NCBI GenBank assembly: GCA_965202585.1
Contig: OZ241829.1
Coordinates: 84,134,001 to 84,198,000 of the forward strand
From: Thalia democratica
Taxonomy: Eukaryota
Direction of reading: 5' to 3'
Length of the DNA: 64,000 nt
Under the pieces are notes generated by a model. That model worked only from the letters and a program-made list of their open reading frames with translations. It did not search any database and was not told the DNA's origin. This document shows positions 27,136 to 39,400 of this stretch, piece after piece (positions within the stretch are counted from its first letter, which is position 1; each line of letters starts with the position of its first letter). A program made the translations under genes and the position numbers.

Positions 27136-29574
27136 ATTTTACAAATAGTGGACAAAAAATCTATTTTACTTCCTCATTGTTTTTTTGCAAATCATTTTTT
27201 AGTTGACATATTTTTCAATTGCCTATTGCTGTGTCTCTTTGTCTGCTTGCGTTAGCAGATTTGCATCCCGTGGTTTGAGCAATTAATTTAAATAAGGTGC
27301 TTAAACTTCTTGTCTGTACCTTATAGAGTTTTGAAAATTTAGCTTTGCCATTTTTCATTAGTTGTTGAGCGTACTAAGTAGAATAATTGAAAGCATTAAT
27401 ATATATGTTTTATCTTATGATTAATATAAGTAGAAGGCTCACTTTGAGTATAGCTAATTCTTCGTCATTGACTGTATCCTTAAGCAAATAATATTGATCA
27501 AAAAAATTTTCCATTATGAATTTGATGCGTACTAAATCTTATATGTATTTCTTTCTTCGTAGTTTCTTTGTTTTCGAAGGATTTAGGAAAGTTAAAAACT
27601 TCTTGTCTTTGTTGACATACTGTAAAATTTTGCAATACTTAAAGCGTAAATAATAATTTAGTTCAGCATACAAACTTTTGGCTTGAACATAAATATCCGA
27701 ATTTGAATGAGTGGTAATTGACTTACAATTAGTCTTGGAATTCTGCCCCTTACCAGAAAGATTATTTTTGGCCTTAAGCATTTATTTTATTTTTTCTAGT
27801 AGGCTTCCCGGTATATTTTTGTTTTCAATTTGTTTTTCATGAGCAGCTATGACACATGTATCTAAAAAAATGTTTTTGAAAGCTGCTTATCGATAAAAAA
27901 AAACTTTAACTTGTTTAAGTTATATTGAAACTATACTTAACCTGGATTTTTTAATTTTTTTCAGAAAATATTCTGTAACTATAGGCGTCATTTTATTTAG
28001 GTTCTTCATTAATATAAACATTATTTATAAGTTTTTTTCTTTTTCTATGCTTGCGTCTATTTTATTCTTCAAATCTTAGGTAAGCTGTGTAGATTTACAT
28101 TGACAGATCTACTGGCAACATCATTTTCAGTTTTTAACTTTATCAAAAATTCATTAGACTTAATTAGAGAGAAAGCTTACCTTTTCTACTTGTATTCCCT
28201 TTTGATGCATCGTAAGACGGTTGTGGTAGATATATTCTATACTTTTTACTTTTGTAGTATTCAAAGTCAATAACATATATCCTCGAATTATCTGTGTTTA
28301 AATATGAAATGAAACTTGTTTAGTTAAACAAACTGAAATGTTGACAACTTACATTTGCATCTTAACATTTAGATAAAGATAAAATATCATCTGTTATTAA
28401 AGCCATATCATCTCCTGTACACTCTCTTATTGTCGTTGTAACAGTTTTTACTAAGCTATCTGATCTATTTCTCCAAATGTATTTAACCCTATACGATTTT
28501 TTAAGTACTTTACAATTATGGTTTAAATCAAAATCAAGTTTATACAAAACAAAAACTTACCAGTTCTTCAGGTTGCTGAGCTCTATGCGGTTCCATTGTT
28601 AAAAATTTAATATACTAAGTTATTATATACGAATACAAGTCGTGAAAGCTTTTTTAATTAATTAGGACGTACTTGACCATGTGAATAAACTTTGTATAAT
28701 TTGAATATTAAACTGTTTTCAAAATTCAGGATATTCCTGATTTATATGAGTATTTAAGTGTACTTGTAAATTTTATTGTTTGTAGCTACTTTTGTACTTG
28801 TAAAGTGTAAAAGTAAATTATTTAAAATTGGATAGTAATAATAAATTTTGGACATGTAAATTTAAAGAAGCTATCTTTTGGCACCTCAAAAGTGTTGAAT
28901 GGGACAACCATTAGAACCAGTTTAACTAACAGATTCTTTTTAACCATTTTTATTTGACTTGATAAATCTTAAGTTATGAATTACAAGTAGTTATACCAGC
29001 TATGTTGAAAGATTTGTCATTTTTTTTATTGAGTTATTAAGTAGCTTGAAGTCGGAGTTGTATATTTGATGTTTTTATATTTTTTCGAAACTTTTTGCCG
29101 GTAAAACCTGGTTTTGTACAAGTTGAAAGATTTGATTGAGCCTACCTATGGTTCGAGAATTCCATCTTGTTTCCGCTAGAGTTATCTTAATGGAAATTTG
29201 TGATCGTTTTACGCAACTAGGTAGTAAGTTTAAATTCTTATTACTTATTAGTCAAAAAGTTTGACAAAAAAAGAAAGAGCTTTTTTCCAAGAAAATATTA
29301 ATTTATTCATTATAAAATAAAGTATAATTACGAGAAAAAGCTTAAAAAACTTCCATCACAGTTCTTTCTTCCCTTTCATCAACTATTTTTATCAGATTTT
29401 TCTTTTCACAAAGTCTCTATTTATTTTGTTAACAGTGTTCACTGTCCATGTGTTCTTTCAATGCTTTAACACAAGCGAAAAAGAGGGTTATCATATAATA
29501 AAACAACAATAAACAACAAGTTTTTCAACGGAACTAAATGCACTTCGTCAACGTCTTTTTAGGTTGAGCATTTG

Positions 29575-29790
29575 TATGAAGCTCCATAAATTTGGATGGG
29601 TTCCATTTAACACGCAGTAAAGGGTGCGATGAGCCGCATTAGCGTAATTGTTGGTTCTTTCACTTCTTGATAGAAGCTTTTCATGCTGACTCAGTCTCAC
29701 AATAGTCTTCTATCAATCTTTTAAATGACGTGTGATCTTTTGTTGATAACAAAATTCTCGTTCAAGGTCCTCAGTCTCACACTAGTCTTC
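29575..29790 (-). mobile_element. MULE (MuDR-type) transposase remnant
   Basis: Manual translation RTNNYANAAHRTLYCVLNGTHPNLWSFI matches the RTNN..E..H.......HP.IW.FI motif; RTLNE lies upstream. Contains a ~55-bp internal duplication (29688 and 29770). Confidence 0.7.
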
Positions 29791-30174
29791 TATCAATTTT
29801 TAAAAATGGCTTGTGATCTTTGATTTTTGTTAAAATTGTACAACACATGCTAGTACAATTTCTTACGAGCATATAAAAATAATCTTGCGTTTCTTCTTTT
29901 ATTGCCAAACAAAATTTGGTATTACAATTTAATATTTTCTAATGTAATCACTTCATTACGAAGCTACTTTTTTAATCTCCATCTAACTGATGGATTCAAG
30001 GTAAGTTTCAACCAATTCTTCTTACTTATTTACATTAACTAACTTGTTTAGAGTTTATGAAAATCTTACAAAAATCTTTCAGAAAAAGTTAACTGTATGA
30101 TGTTTTAAACTCAGTAGTTATCCATTGGTACCCACATAAGTTGATAAACTTCATTAATCACGTCAAAAGTCATT

Positions 30175-30345
30175 TTTAATTTGTGTCTATAAAAATATAT
30201 CCCATGCTCTTTCAAGTATCTTATTGAAGCTGAATTTGCCTTTTCTGTTTCTTCGTCGAATCGCATGTTGAAAGTGTAAGTGTGGCTTACAGGCTGTTGT
30301 CCACCGCATGAACAAAAAGACAAACCTAAGTTTGATATACCTAAT
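30175..30345 (-). pseudogene. CAF1/CNOT7-CNOT8-like deadenylase fragment
   Basis: With one frameshift (~30322) it reads IKL/GLSFCSCGGQQPVSHTYTFNMRFDEETEKANSASIRYLKEHGIYFYRH, which aligns by eye to CNOT7 [52 protein letters not shown]. Confidence 0.6.
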
Positions 30346-31834
30346 TATAGTACTTTGTGAATGTACAAATATAATTAAAATCAATATTGAAAAGGCCTAT
30401 ATCATGTTGTAAAAGAAGTAAAGACTAAATTTAATTATATTTATGGTGAGAATACATTTTGACTAAATAGTATTTTATGATTCTAAAACTTTTAATTTTT
30501 AATTAAAACAGTTTTCATAGTTTACCTATCGTTTTTAATACAATTATAATTTTGGACAAAAACCTATTCACAAAGTTTGTTTTTTTTTTGAAATAACCTG
30601 AAATTTGTTGGCTATGATCACAAGGCTCGCTCGTGTTTTTTTTTTTTTAAATAACTATATTTGGATCTTCACTTTTCTTCTTCAATTTGTTAGTTTCACA
30701 TTAGATTCGACAACTCCACATCCACACTGAAAACGGACTTCACAGTCTGTTAAATTGTTTGGTTGTCCACCAATCAAAAGTATGTCGAAAGCGATTTGCT
30801 TGCGATATTCATTGGTTTCTTTAAAACTTAATGTCTGATCTTAATTGTTGTTTTCAGCAATAGTTTGGCATACTGTTAAAAGCGTATTTGGTATAAATGT
30901 GTTATTTTAAGTTTTTTTTTAGTTTAATAACAACTTACATCTTCTAAAAAGTATATAATTAAAAAACATACATTTATCATAGATAGCTCGTCATCGTTTT
31001 TGGTCAAAAAATTGTTTTAATAAATGAAGTTTTAAAATAAAAGTCCTTTGAAATATCTATTTGTGAACTACATCTTAACAACACGCATTTTCATATAGAT
31101 AAAACAAATAAGAAACCTTTCAGCTCCATCTCATACAAATATTTAATGCCATCTCTATTAGTCGTCCAGGCAATTCTCATTACTTGAACATCCTTCAAAT
31201 CTACATTTACTATTTTACAACTTTTGTAAGTTTTGACCAACTCTTTGCATGCTTCTGTCTGATTAATATCAAAATTTGATTTGAAATAATTTGTATTAAT
31301 TAAAATATTTACAAGTTTTATTGTCTTCAAAAAGACATGAAGTATTACGATATTGTTTGACTTTCAATAGCTAGTAGTGATAACACTAAAATTTTTACAG
31401 TTATCTTTTGGCATGTCACTAAGTCGTTAGTTAAAAACATACTTTTTTTAAGAAAAACCATTGCAAATTCTATGCAGAGCAGACCACAACTTAAAATGGT
31501 GCCATCTTACTGAAGAGAATGACCAATAGTTTTTATTTCCCATTCTTTATCAAATACCCTTGATTTCTTTTAGGTTTGAGTTCTATTGCACCAGGATCCG
31601 TGCGATTTCTTATCTTTCCAAACCTTGTTTCACAGTTATAATAAATATGAATTAATTTACAAAAACAAACAAATTTCTTATTCTTAATTTGACTTGATAA
31701 ACTGTTACTTATAAAAACAAACAAACCCGCGCTTTGCATTTTTGACCAGATTTTGAACACAACTCTTTGCAGTTTCAATGTTTGACACTAGTGTTGCTTG
31801 TTTTGCGTTTAACACTGTAGTATTAGTTTTTATA

Positions 31835-32160
31835 ATAACACCAGAGAGTAGAGCATCATTTTTGCTACAACATTTAGTAACTAATTGAAAAGGTTCAAGA
31901 AGGTTTAATATCTGACATACCAATTGCCACTCTTTTTCTGTAATGATAAGAGCTTGCAAATGGCTAGCTACTTAGTTCTGGACACTAATTTTTCATTTAT
32001 TAACCTATATAGCATTAGGTAGGTCGAATTCCACCTCGTTGGGACATCTTGAACAAGTAGCAAGGCTGTTTGCTTTGTTACTATGGAATCTAGACCAACT
32101 TGAATAAATTTTAGCTTTTCACAAGGTGAGGAGGAATGGCTGAAACTGCCAACAGATTTC
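31835..32160 (-). mobile_element. hAT (Ac/ZBED1-4-like) transposase remnant
   Basis: SFSHSS...LVQDVPTRWNSTYLMLYRL...EKEWQLVCQILNLLEPFQLVT; contains the canonical TRWNS motif. Confidence 0.85.
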
Positions 32161-32444
32161 CTTATCCTTAATTTGACTTGATAAACTGTTAATTATAAAA
32201 ACGATCAAACCCGCGCTTTGCATTTTTGACCAGTTAAGAATAAGAAAATGGTTTACTTAATTGGAATATCTTTTTGTCAAATTACCCCAATTTTTTTTTA
32301 AGTACAATATCTTACCTACGTACCTTTTTCAACTACATTGTCAATTCTACTTTTTTTTTTTTTAAGTTTAAGTTTTTAGTTTTCAGACTTGTGAAAGTAT
32401 TGTGAATTTGAAGGGTTAAAAAAAGTAATTAACTGTATCTATAA

Positions 32445-32663
32445 AATTAGATTCCGGTCGGATCCGAAACTTTTATTTAAATTAGAGTTCGACCGGATTC
32501 GGCTCTCTATTTAGAATTAGTATCCAGTCGGATTTCAATCTAAAAAGTCATTATTTGTCTGGATACTGGATCCGGTAAATCACTAGCTCGAAAAGCTCCG
32601 GCCCGCAAAAGACTAAATTTTTCCGGATCCGGCCCGCTGATTTAAAAACGTTGCCCACCCCTA
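32445..32663 (-). mobile_element. hAT terminus with subterminal ccggatccgg-type repeats
   Basis: Ends in gttgcccaccccta (reverse complement TAGGGGTGGGCAAC); several ccgga/tccgg motifs. Confidence 0.6.
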
Positions 32664-33016
32664 TTCTAAACTATACCTATATTTTAATAAAAAACTGTTT
32701 GTAATTACAACATTGTTTGTAATAGTCTGAGAGTATTGAAAATATCTTTTAATCTCTAACATACTTTTGATAGTGATAAAAGTCAGGAAGAAAAAAAAAA
32801 AACATAAGTCAAAAGAAATAAAGGATTATGATAAAATACCAGAAAACTTTTTTGAAACATGCTCTAAATAAGGAAGTTTGTTATTTATTTAAACTGAATT
32901 TTGCTATTGTAATTTTCAATAAAGTTTTGCTTTTGCAATTTTTGTTTTTTTCTGGGTTTAATTGAATTTTTGCGATAAATTAAGATCTAAAGTGTGTATT
33001 TACTATGTTGGAGAGG

Positions 33017-33387
33017 TTTTTATTAAGTTATAAATTAAAACCGATTATAAAATACATAAACAAAGATTGAAATTATGTTAAGATTTCGATATTTATTTTA
33101 TGTAGGTTAAAACAACAGTTTTCTTATTGGAACAATTATTAAAATATAATAAACAGCTCTATAAGCAAAATATTTGTACCTCTCAGATTTTAGAAGATGT
33201 TGATTTATACCAAAATACATTGATCATACACAGATAATTTAAATGGTGCAATGGAAGTTATATGATTTAATCCAACAAGAAAACTGTTGTTTTAACCTTT
33301 ATAAAATAAAGATTGAAAACTTTACATAATTTCAAGTCTTAGTTTATGTATTTTTAAATCGGTTTTAATTTAGAACTTGATCAAAAA
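33017..33387. mobile_element. Foldback/MITE with ~115-bp imperfect inverted arms
   Basis: 33017-33131 is the reverse complement of 33271-33387, e.g. aggttaaaacaacagttttcttattgga / tccaacaagaaaactgttgttttaacct and aaaaccgatt / aatcggtttt. TSD not resolved. Confidence 0.75.
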
Positions 33388-34810
33388 AAAGAGTTATGAA
33401 ATTTTTTTCAGCTGGATCTGTGGCAGCCCTGAAGCATACAGCATAGGTTATCAAAAATGATCGAACTTGTATATAGCTGAGATTAGTTTGGTAAAGAAGT
33501 CTGAATAAAACACTTGTTGTTTTTGCTTCTTTTAATTGTTTTAAACATATCATATATTTCTCACTGGTTATAAAAAATTAAAAATTGAAGCTGTTTATCT
33601 ATTTTCACTTTGTTAGAAGTCATGTTTTAACCGTAAAGCTAATTTTAAGAAAAAGTTCTATATAGAAATCATAAAAAAATGTTTTGTAAAGTTAAAAACT
33701 TCTGTTAGGTGTATTAGTAGTGTATTAGTGTATTAATTAGTTCTTTTAATAATTTGACAAAGTAAACAGGAGCTTAAAAAACTATTAAAAGTTAATTTTC
33801 AAATAAATAAAACATTAGACCAATAAAGAAATAAAATGACTAAAAACTAATTAGATTTGTAACATTTCAGCAATTTGTTACTTTCAAGTTGATTTTTAGG
33901 TTAATTTTCAAAAAGAAAACTTCTAATCATTCTTGCTGTAAAAAAATGACTAATGAAATTTACTAACTGTCGGATAAATAGTGCTTTTAATCTAAGAAAA
34001 AGCAATAGTTTAACTGAAAATTTTATTTGTTCAAAATTTTATTTGACAAACTACTTATTGTTTATTATACAATCAAACCTGTAGTATATTTTAACAATGT
34101 TTGAAAATAAATGATAATTGTTGTTAGATTAAATGATATATAACAAACTGATAATATTTTTTTCGTGGTACTGTCACTAAAGATTTACTTTTTTAATAAT
34201 TAAACATAAAAATTAGCTGAGACTTCATAGTTTTGTTAAGTTCATACACTGAAAATCATAAGTCGTGCACTAACTTGATAACACAAAATGGGTTGAAATA
34301 AAAAGCAAGACAGCAGTAATATATTATAGTTTATTAAACGACAAAGAAAACACTTTAAATGTTTGGTCCTAAAATCTGGTCCACTAAGAAACTATTCGGT
34401 TATCGAGTCGCACTGATACCTTTCAATGTCTTGTCCAGGACACTTAACATTAATCTTTACAGCAATCAACTTATGCTTATCATATGTAACCAATGTTTCA
34501 TAAAAATAAAACCTCACTAGGATAATACAAAAAATAATTATTGAAAATGTTAAAAGTTATAAAGATATTTTCAGATATAACCTACTAAAAACTTGAACTG
34601 TTAAAATGGGAATTTTTCTGTGAACATGTTTTAACTATTTAAAAACTTTAATGATTCTTTAACTAAGATAGTAAACATGAATTCATTGATTTTTAAGTGG
34701 TACGTAATTTCATTGAACTAAACTGTAAGTTTGTTAAACATTTCTCTTGGTCGTACAAACAGTACGCTAGTCGTACAAACGTTCCAAGTTTTACATTATG
34801 CTAAGACAAC

Positions 34811-35257
34811 CAGTGGCGTAGCGTGGTACTTTTCTTAGGTGGTGCAGAAATAAAAAATCAAGTTGTCCCTGCTCGAATTGCCTCTGCTCGAGTAGCCTCT
34901 TCTCGAGTTGTTCCTGCTCGAGTTGCTTCTGCTCTAGTTGTCTCTGCTTAGCTTTGTTTTCAATAGCTTGAGGAATGATACGCAAGCCTGTACTGTTTTA
35001 GGTAATTTTCAACTTAGCTTACTTACCGCAAGATATTGATTTTGCAGTAATTCTTGAAGAAATTTTGATATTTGAGTCAGCTAAGAGTTTGCGGCAGTGT
35101 AGTGAGCAAAATGGTCTTTTTATTTTATTAAAATTTTGAGTTTTATAAGAGATTTTGTTCTAAAAAAAAACGAAAACGTTATAGATACTTAAATTTTTCT
35201 TACAAAATTTTAAGGTAGTGCAATTGCGGCGGTACAAAACCCCACGCAACGCCCCTG
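34811..35257. mobile_element. Non-autonomous hAT MITE with perfect 8-bp TSD
   Basis: TIRs CAGTGGCGTAGCGTGG / CCACGCAACGCCCCTG; TSD AAGACAAC at 34803-34810 and 35258-35265; internal 15-bp tandem repeats at 34862-34945. Confidence 0.9.
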
Positions 35258-36448
35258 AAGACAACTACTTCAAAAAATATTCTTTTACTGTTTGTTTGTA
35301 TTTAACTATATACATAAAAAAGCATTATGTAAAATAGCACTTATTAGACAAAAGTTCTTATTTTATTACTATTTTTTGATCTTTCAGTTTATCAAGCGTC
35401 GGTAAACTACAGTTATCGAACACTTTTGGAGTTAAAAATATATTCCAAGAAAAGTTGAAATAGTAAAAAAACTTTCAATTAGTTTAGTATTTAAGCTGTT
35501 CAGTTAAATGCGAGTAGACAATAATGTATATTGGTTTATTGAACGACAAAACAATTGATTTAGGACATGGTATACAAAAAACTTTTCGGTTATCGAGCCA
35601 TACACCACGGATACATTTTAATGTCTTGTCCAGTATAATATTGTTTTTATCATTATTTTATTTAAATTTACGCTTAAATTTCTGTATTTGCTTAAATTTC
35701 ATAAATACACGGTTTCCCGAAAATTGTATTAATGAGATTTATCCGGTTATTTATAAAAGAATGTGAATTCCTGGAGTAAATCTATATTAAGATATGTAAT
35801 GGAAATTTCAGTAAATTTTACGAAAATAATGTAACTTTTTCATACAAAAAACTGAAAATTAAGTTCTATTGTTACGTCAGTTGCCAAAATTTGTTTTTGT
35901 AAAAATATTAAAAAAAGTAAAAATATTTTCATTACTGTGCTAACAGTTAGTACACAAAATGAGAAAAACAAAAAAGAATAATCGGAATTCCAATCGTAAA
36001 GTGAGTTTATATATTTATTAAGCTTATCATATCTAAGTAACCTGTATTAAATAATTGTTTTTGAAAACTTTTAGATTGAATTAGTCTAATTAAATAGGTG
36101 CAAAACTATACAATTTACCTTATACCAAGACAATCAAACATCTAAAAAAATAAAGATAGTTTCTAAACACATCTAAATTCAAGAAAGCTCGTACTGAATA
36201 TAATAAACAGTAATTACAGTGTTTGTAATCTGAGTACATGTTTTATGTCTCAATAAGTAATATTCCAATAAAAACTACAAAGCAACTAATAAAAAACTAC
36301 TTATAGTTTTTGTCACTAAACGTTTTTTAAGAGCATACGAGAAAGTTTTTCTGTCTAATAAAATTACTGTAAGTATCTATAACAAAACGTAACTTAAAAG
36401 TTTTTTTCAAAGTTATTATTTCTTATTTATGTAAAATATATTTTTCAG

Positions 36449-39400
36449 GGTAAAACCAGCAAAAATGCTGCGAACAAATACAATTTAAAAGCTCAAGTTG
36501 AGAACGAAGTAAGCAGTTTGATATTTTACATTTGCCTAGAATGTTTTCGTTTTAACAGTTTGTGTTTATAACTTTTTAATTTTGTAGAATGGTGAAAAGA
36601 AAAAGCTTTTGCAAAGCATATCGGAAGCTGAATTAAAGCATGAGTTAGTTTTTTTAATACTTTAGTTTTAAATGCTTTAGTCGTTGGTAAGACGAAGAGT
36701 TTTAAATTGAAGTTAAAAAGAGTGTTAGATTAAAAGTTATAAATTGGAAAAAAAACTGTGATATACAAAATTTAAATACAAACCAATTTAAATGTATAAA
36801 CTGTGTTTTTTAATAGCTAAAATCAACTTTAATTTTTATTTACCGAATTAAAGTTTAAATATATAATACCTAATTAACCCGAATTCAAAAGTTATTTCTT
36901 AAATAAAATATCTAGTAAGTTTGATTACTTTAAGTTTTTTTTTAGTGTACTCAAATTGTTATTGTTTCAGAGATAAACAAGAAACTACTAAGGAAGAAAA
37001 GGAAAATCAAATGAACTTTTTGAACATGTAACTTTACAACTTCTAGTTCACCGAATATTAAAAAACGTCTTTTTTTACAAATGTTTTTATAAATGTATAA
37101 ACCACATTGGCTTTTAAAAAAAGACAAAATAATATTGGTCAAAATGAAAACTTTACTTTTAAATTTTTAATAGGAACCTCCAAAAGGCATTGGAAGCTAT
37201 CGACTCGTTGACATCACAAGTAGAAAGTCTCAACAAAAAAACTTCAACACTTGAAGAAAAAGTAAATATAGTTTATTAATTTACAGATCAATAAAAATTA
37301 AACTAAGTATGTAATAAAAATAGTTATTTATTTATTTTTGTTGAAACTTAAACAGTTGTAAAGCTTTCAAAAAAATTTAAAATTTTGATAAACATTTGTG
37401 CTTCTTTTTAAACCGTTGTAATAAATAAAAATTTTAAAATATTACAGTTGTTGAACCAAAATGTTGCTCATCAGACAGAAGTCACGAAAATAAATAGGTA
37501 AGTAGTTTACCTTATAAATCGTTTTAACTTGATTAATTTAAAAATAGTCAGTGTTTATTTTTTTGAAATATTTGAAAAATAAACTTAAGTATAATATATT
37601 ACAGGTGTTCTTGTGCTAAAACTTTATTCCGACTAACGGCGTTTCACTGCTCTCAAATAAATTTAAGAACAGATCTACGGAGTCTATAAAATGTTAACAC
37701 ACATTAGAAAAAAAGCAGAAAAAAGCATGTATAATTATGTATAGTGTTTATCTAGGTAGTAACTATAAATGGACTTTATGGTTTAAAAACAAAGTTTGGG
37801 ATAAAAGCGTAAAATTATAAAATTGTCTACAAAAAAAAAACAAATTTAATAAAAGTAGGCACCAACCTCAAAAAGCTCTAAGAATAGGCAGGTTTTAAAA
37901 ATGAAAATTAAATTGAGTTGTGCAGAAATGTTACGTCATAATAATTTTAACAAATTATTCAATAATTTATACAGCTTGAAAACATGAAGTATTAAACTTG
38001 CAAGAATATATAAGTTTTGTGAAATAAATTAGTACATAAATAGACAGAGTTATTTAAAGTAGAATCGTCGGTTATGGGGACAGATATTCGATAAATCTTG
38101 CCGCTTATTCAGAAGTAGGTCTTTATCTTCTGCTGCAATTACTGCTCTTTCTGTATTGCAAGTTGGGCAAATTCTACTTACTCCGTTGGATGTATGTTTT
38201 ATCTTTGAAACAATACTCCACTCCATGTTTGGCCTTTTACCGTACCTGTGAAAAAAACTCCAGACATAATCCGATAAACGCGTGCTTTGTTTTTTATTTA
38301 TATTTTTAAAAGTATGTTTATGATTAGCATATCTATCCTTGAAACTACCTGCTGTACTTCCGATATAAATTTTATCTGGGCCCTTACTTTCAACTTTAAC
38401 TTTATAAATTACATTTTTAATTAAGCAATTACCTTTTAATGGGCAGTTGTCTTTGTTTAATTTACGGCAATTACATGTTTTAGGCATATTACTTAACTTA
38501 TTACTATTAGTGTTAGTTGGTTTTGAATATTTATTTATAGATTTATTGTTATGCATTTTGCTTATACTTTTAGCGCTATTGTCGCTTACTTGTTCTAAGT
38601 TTTCTTTTATCATTTTAGAAATACTTCTAGTTATACGTTGATTATTATAATCTACACTATTGTTAGTACTATTGATATCGATATTTTCATTATCATTAAT
38701 ATTAAAGTTATCATTATAGCTTATATCTTTAATGTTTAAAGTTTTAATATGTTTTACATTATTGTTACCATAATTAAAATTTTTACTATTAGGATTATTA
38801 TTATTATTACTGTTATTAAAATTATTATTATTATTATTATTATTACTGTTATTATTAATTTGATTAGTATAATTAGAAATATTGTTCATATCTACGTTAT
38901 TACTAACTTTATTACTAGAGTTATTATTTGTATTAGCTTTGATATGTCTATTTTTAAAATTTGAAATTACTGTTTTATTGTGCGATTGTATTAAAGTTTT
39001 AACATTACTCATGCAACTATAAGAAATTAATATGTATATATTCTTGCAAGTTTAATACTTCATGTTTTCAAGCTGTATAAATTATTGAATAATTTGTTAA
39101 AATTATTATGACGTAACATTTCTGCACAACTCAATTTAATTTTCATTTTTAAAACCTGCCTATTCTTAGAGCTTTTTGAGGTTGGTGCCTACTTTTATTA
39201 AATTTGTTTTTTTTTTTTTGTAGACAATTTTATAATTTTACGCTTTTATCCCAAACTTTGTTTTTAAACCATAAAGTCCATTTATAGTTACTACCTAGAT
39301 AAACACTATACATAATTATACATGCTTTTTTCTGCTTTTTTTCTAATGTGTGTTAACATTTTATAGACTCCGTAGATCTGTTCTTAAATTTATTTGAGAG

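Noticed and set aside
29140-29170. GGTTCGA / GTTCGAATTCC B-box look-alikes (also ~32020 and ~51305)
   Set aside because: No A-box or cloverleaf is present; the 32020 case is hAT coding sequence (RWNST). No tRNA or SINE is supported.
38447-38964. Plus-strand Ile/Leu-rich ORFs resembling transmembrane proteins
   Set aside because: They are the antisense reading of the AAT-rich linker in the GIY-YIG ORF.
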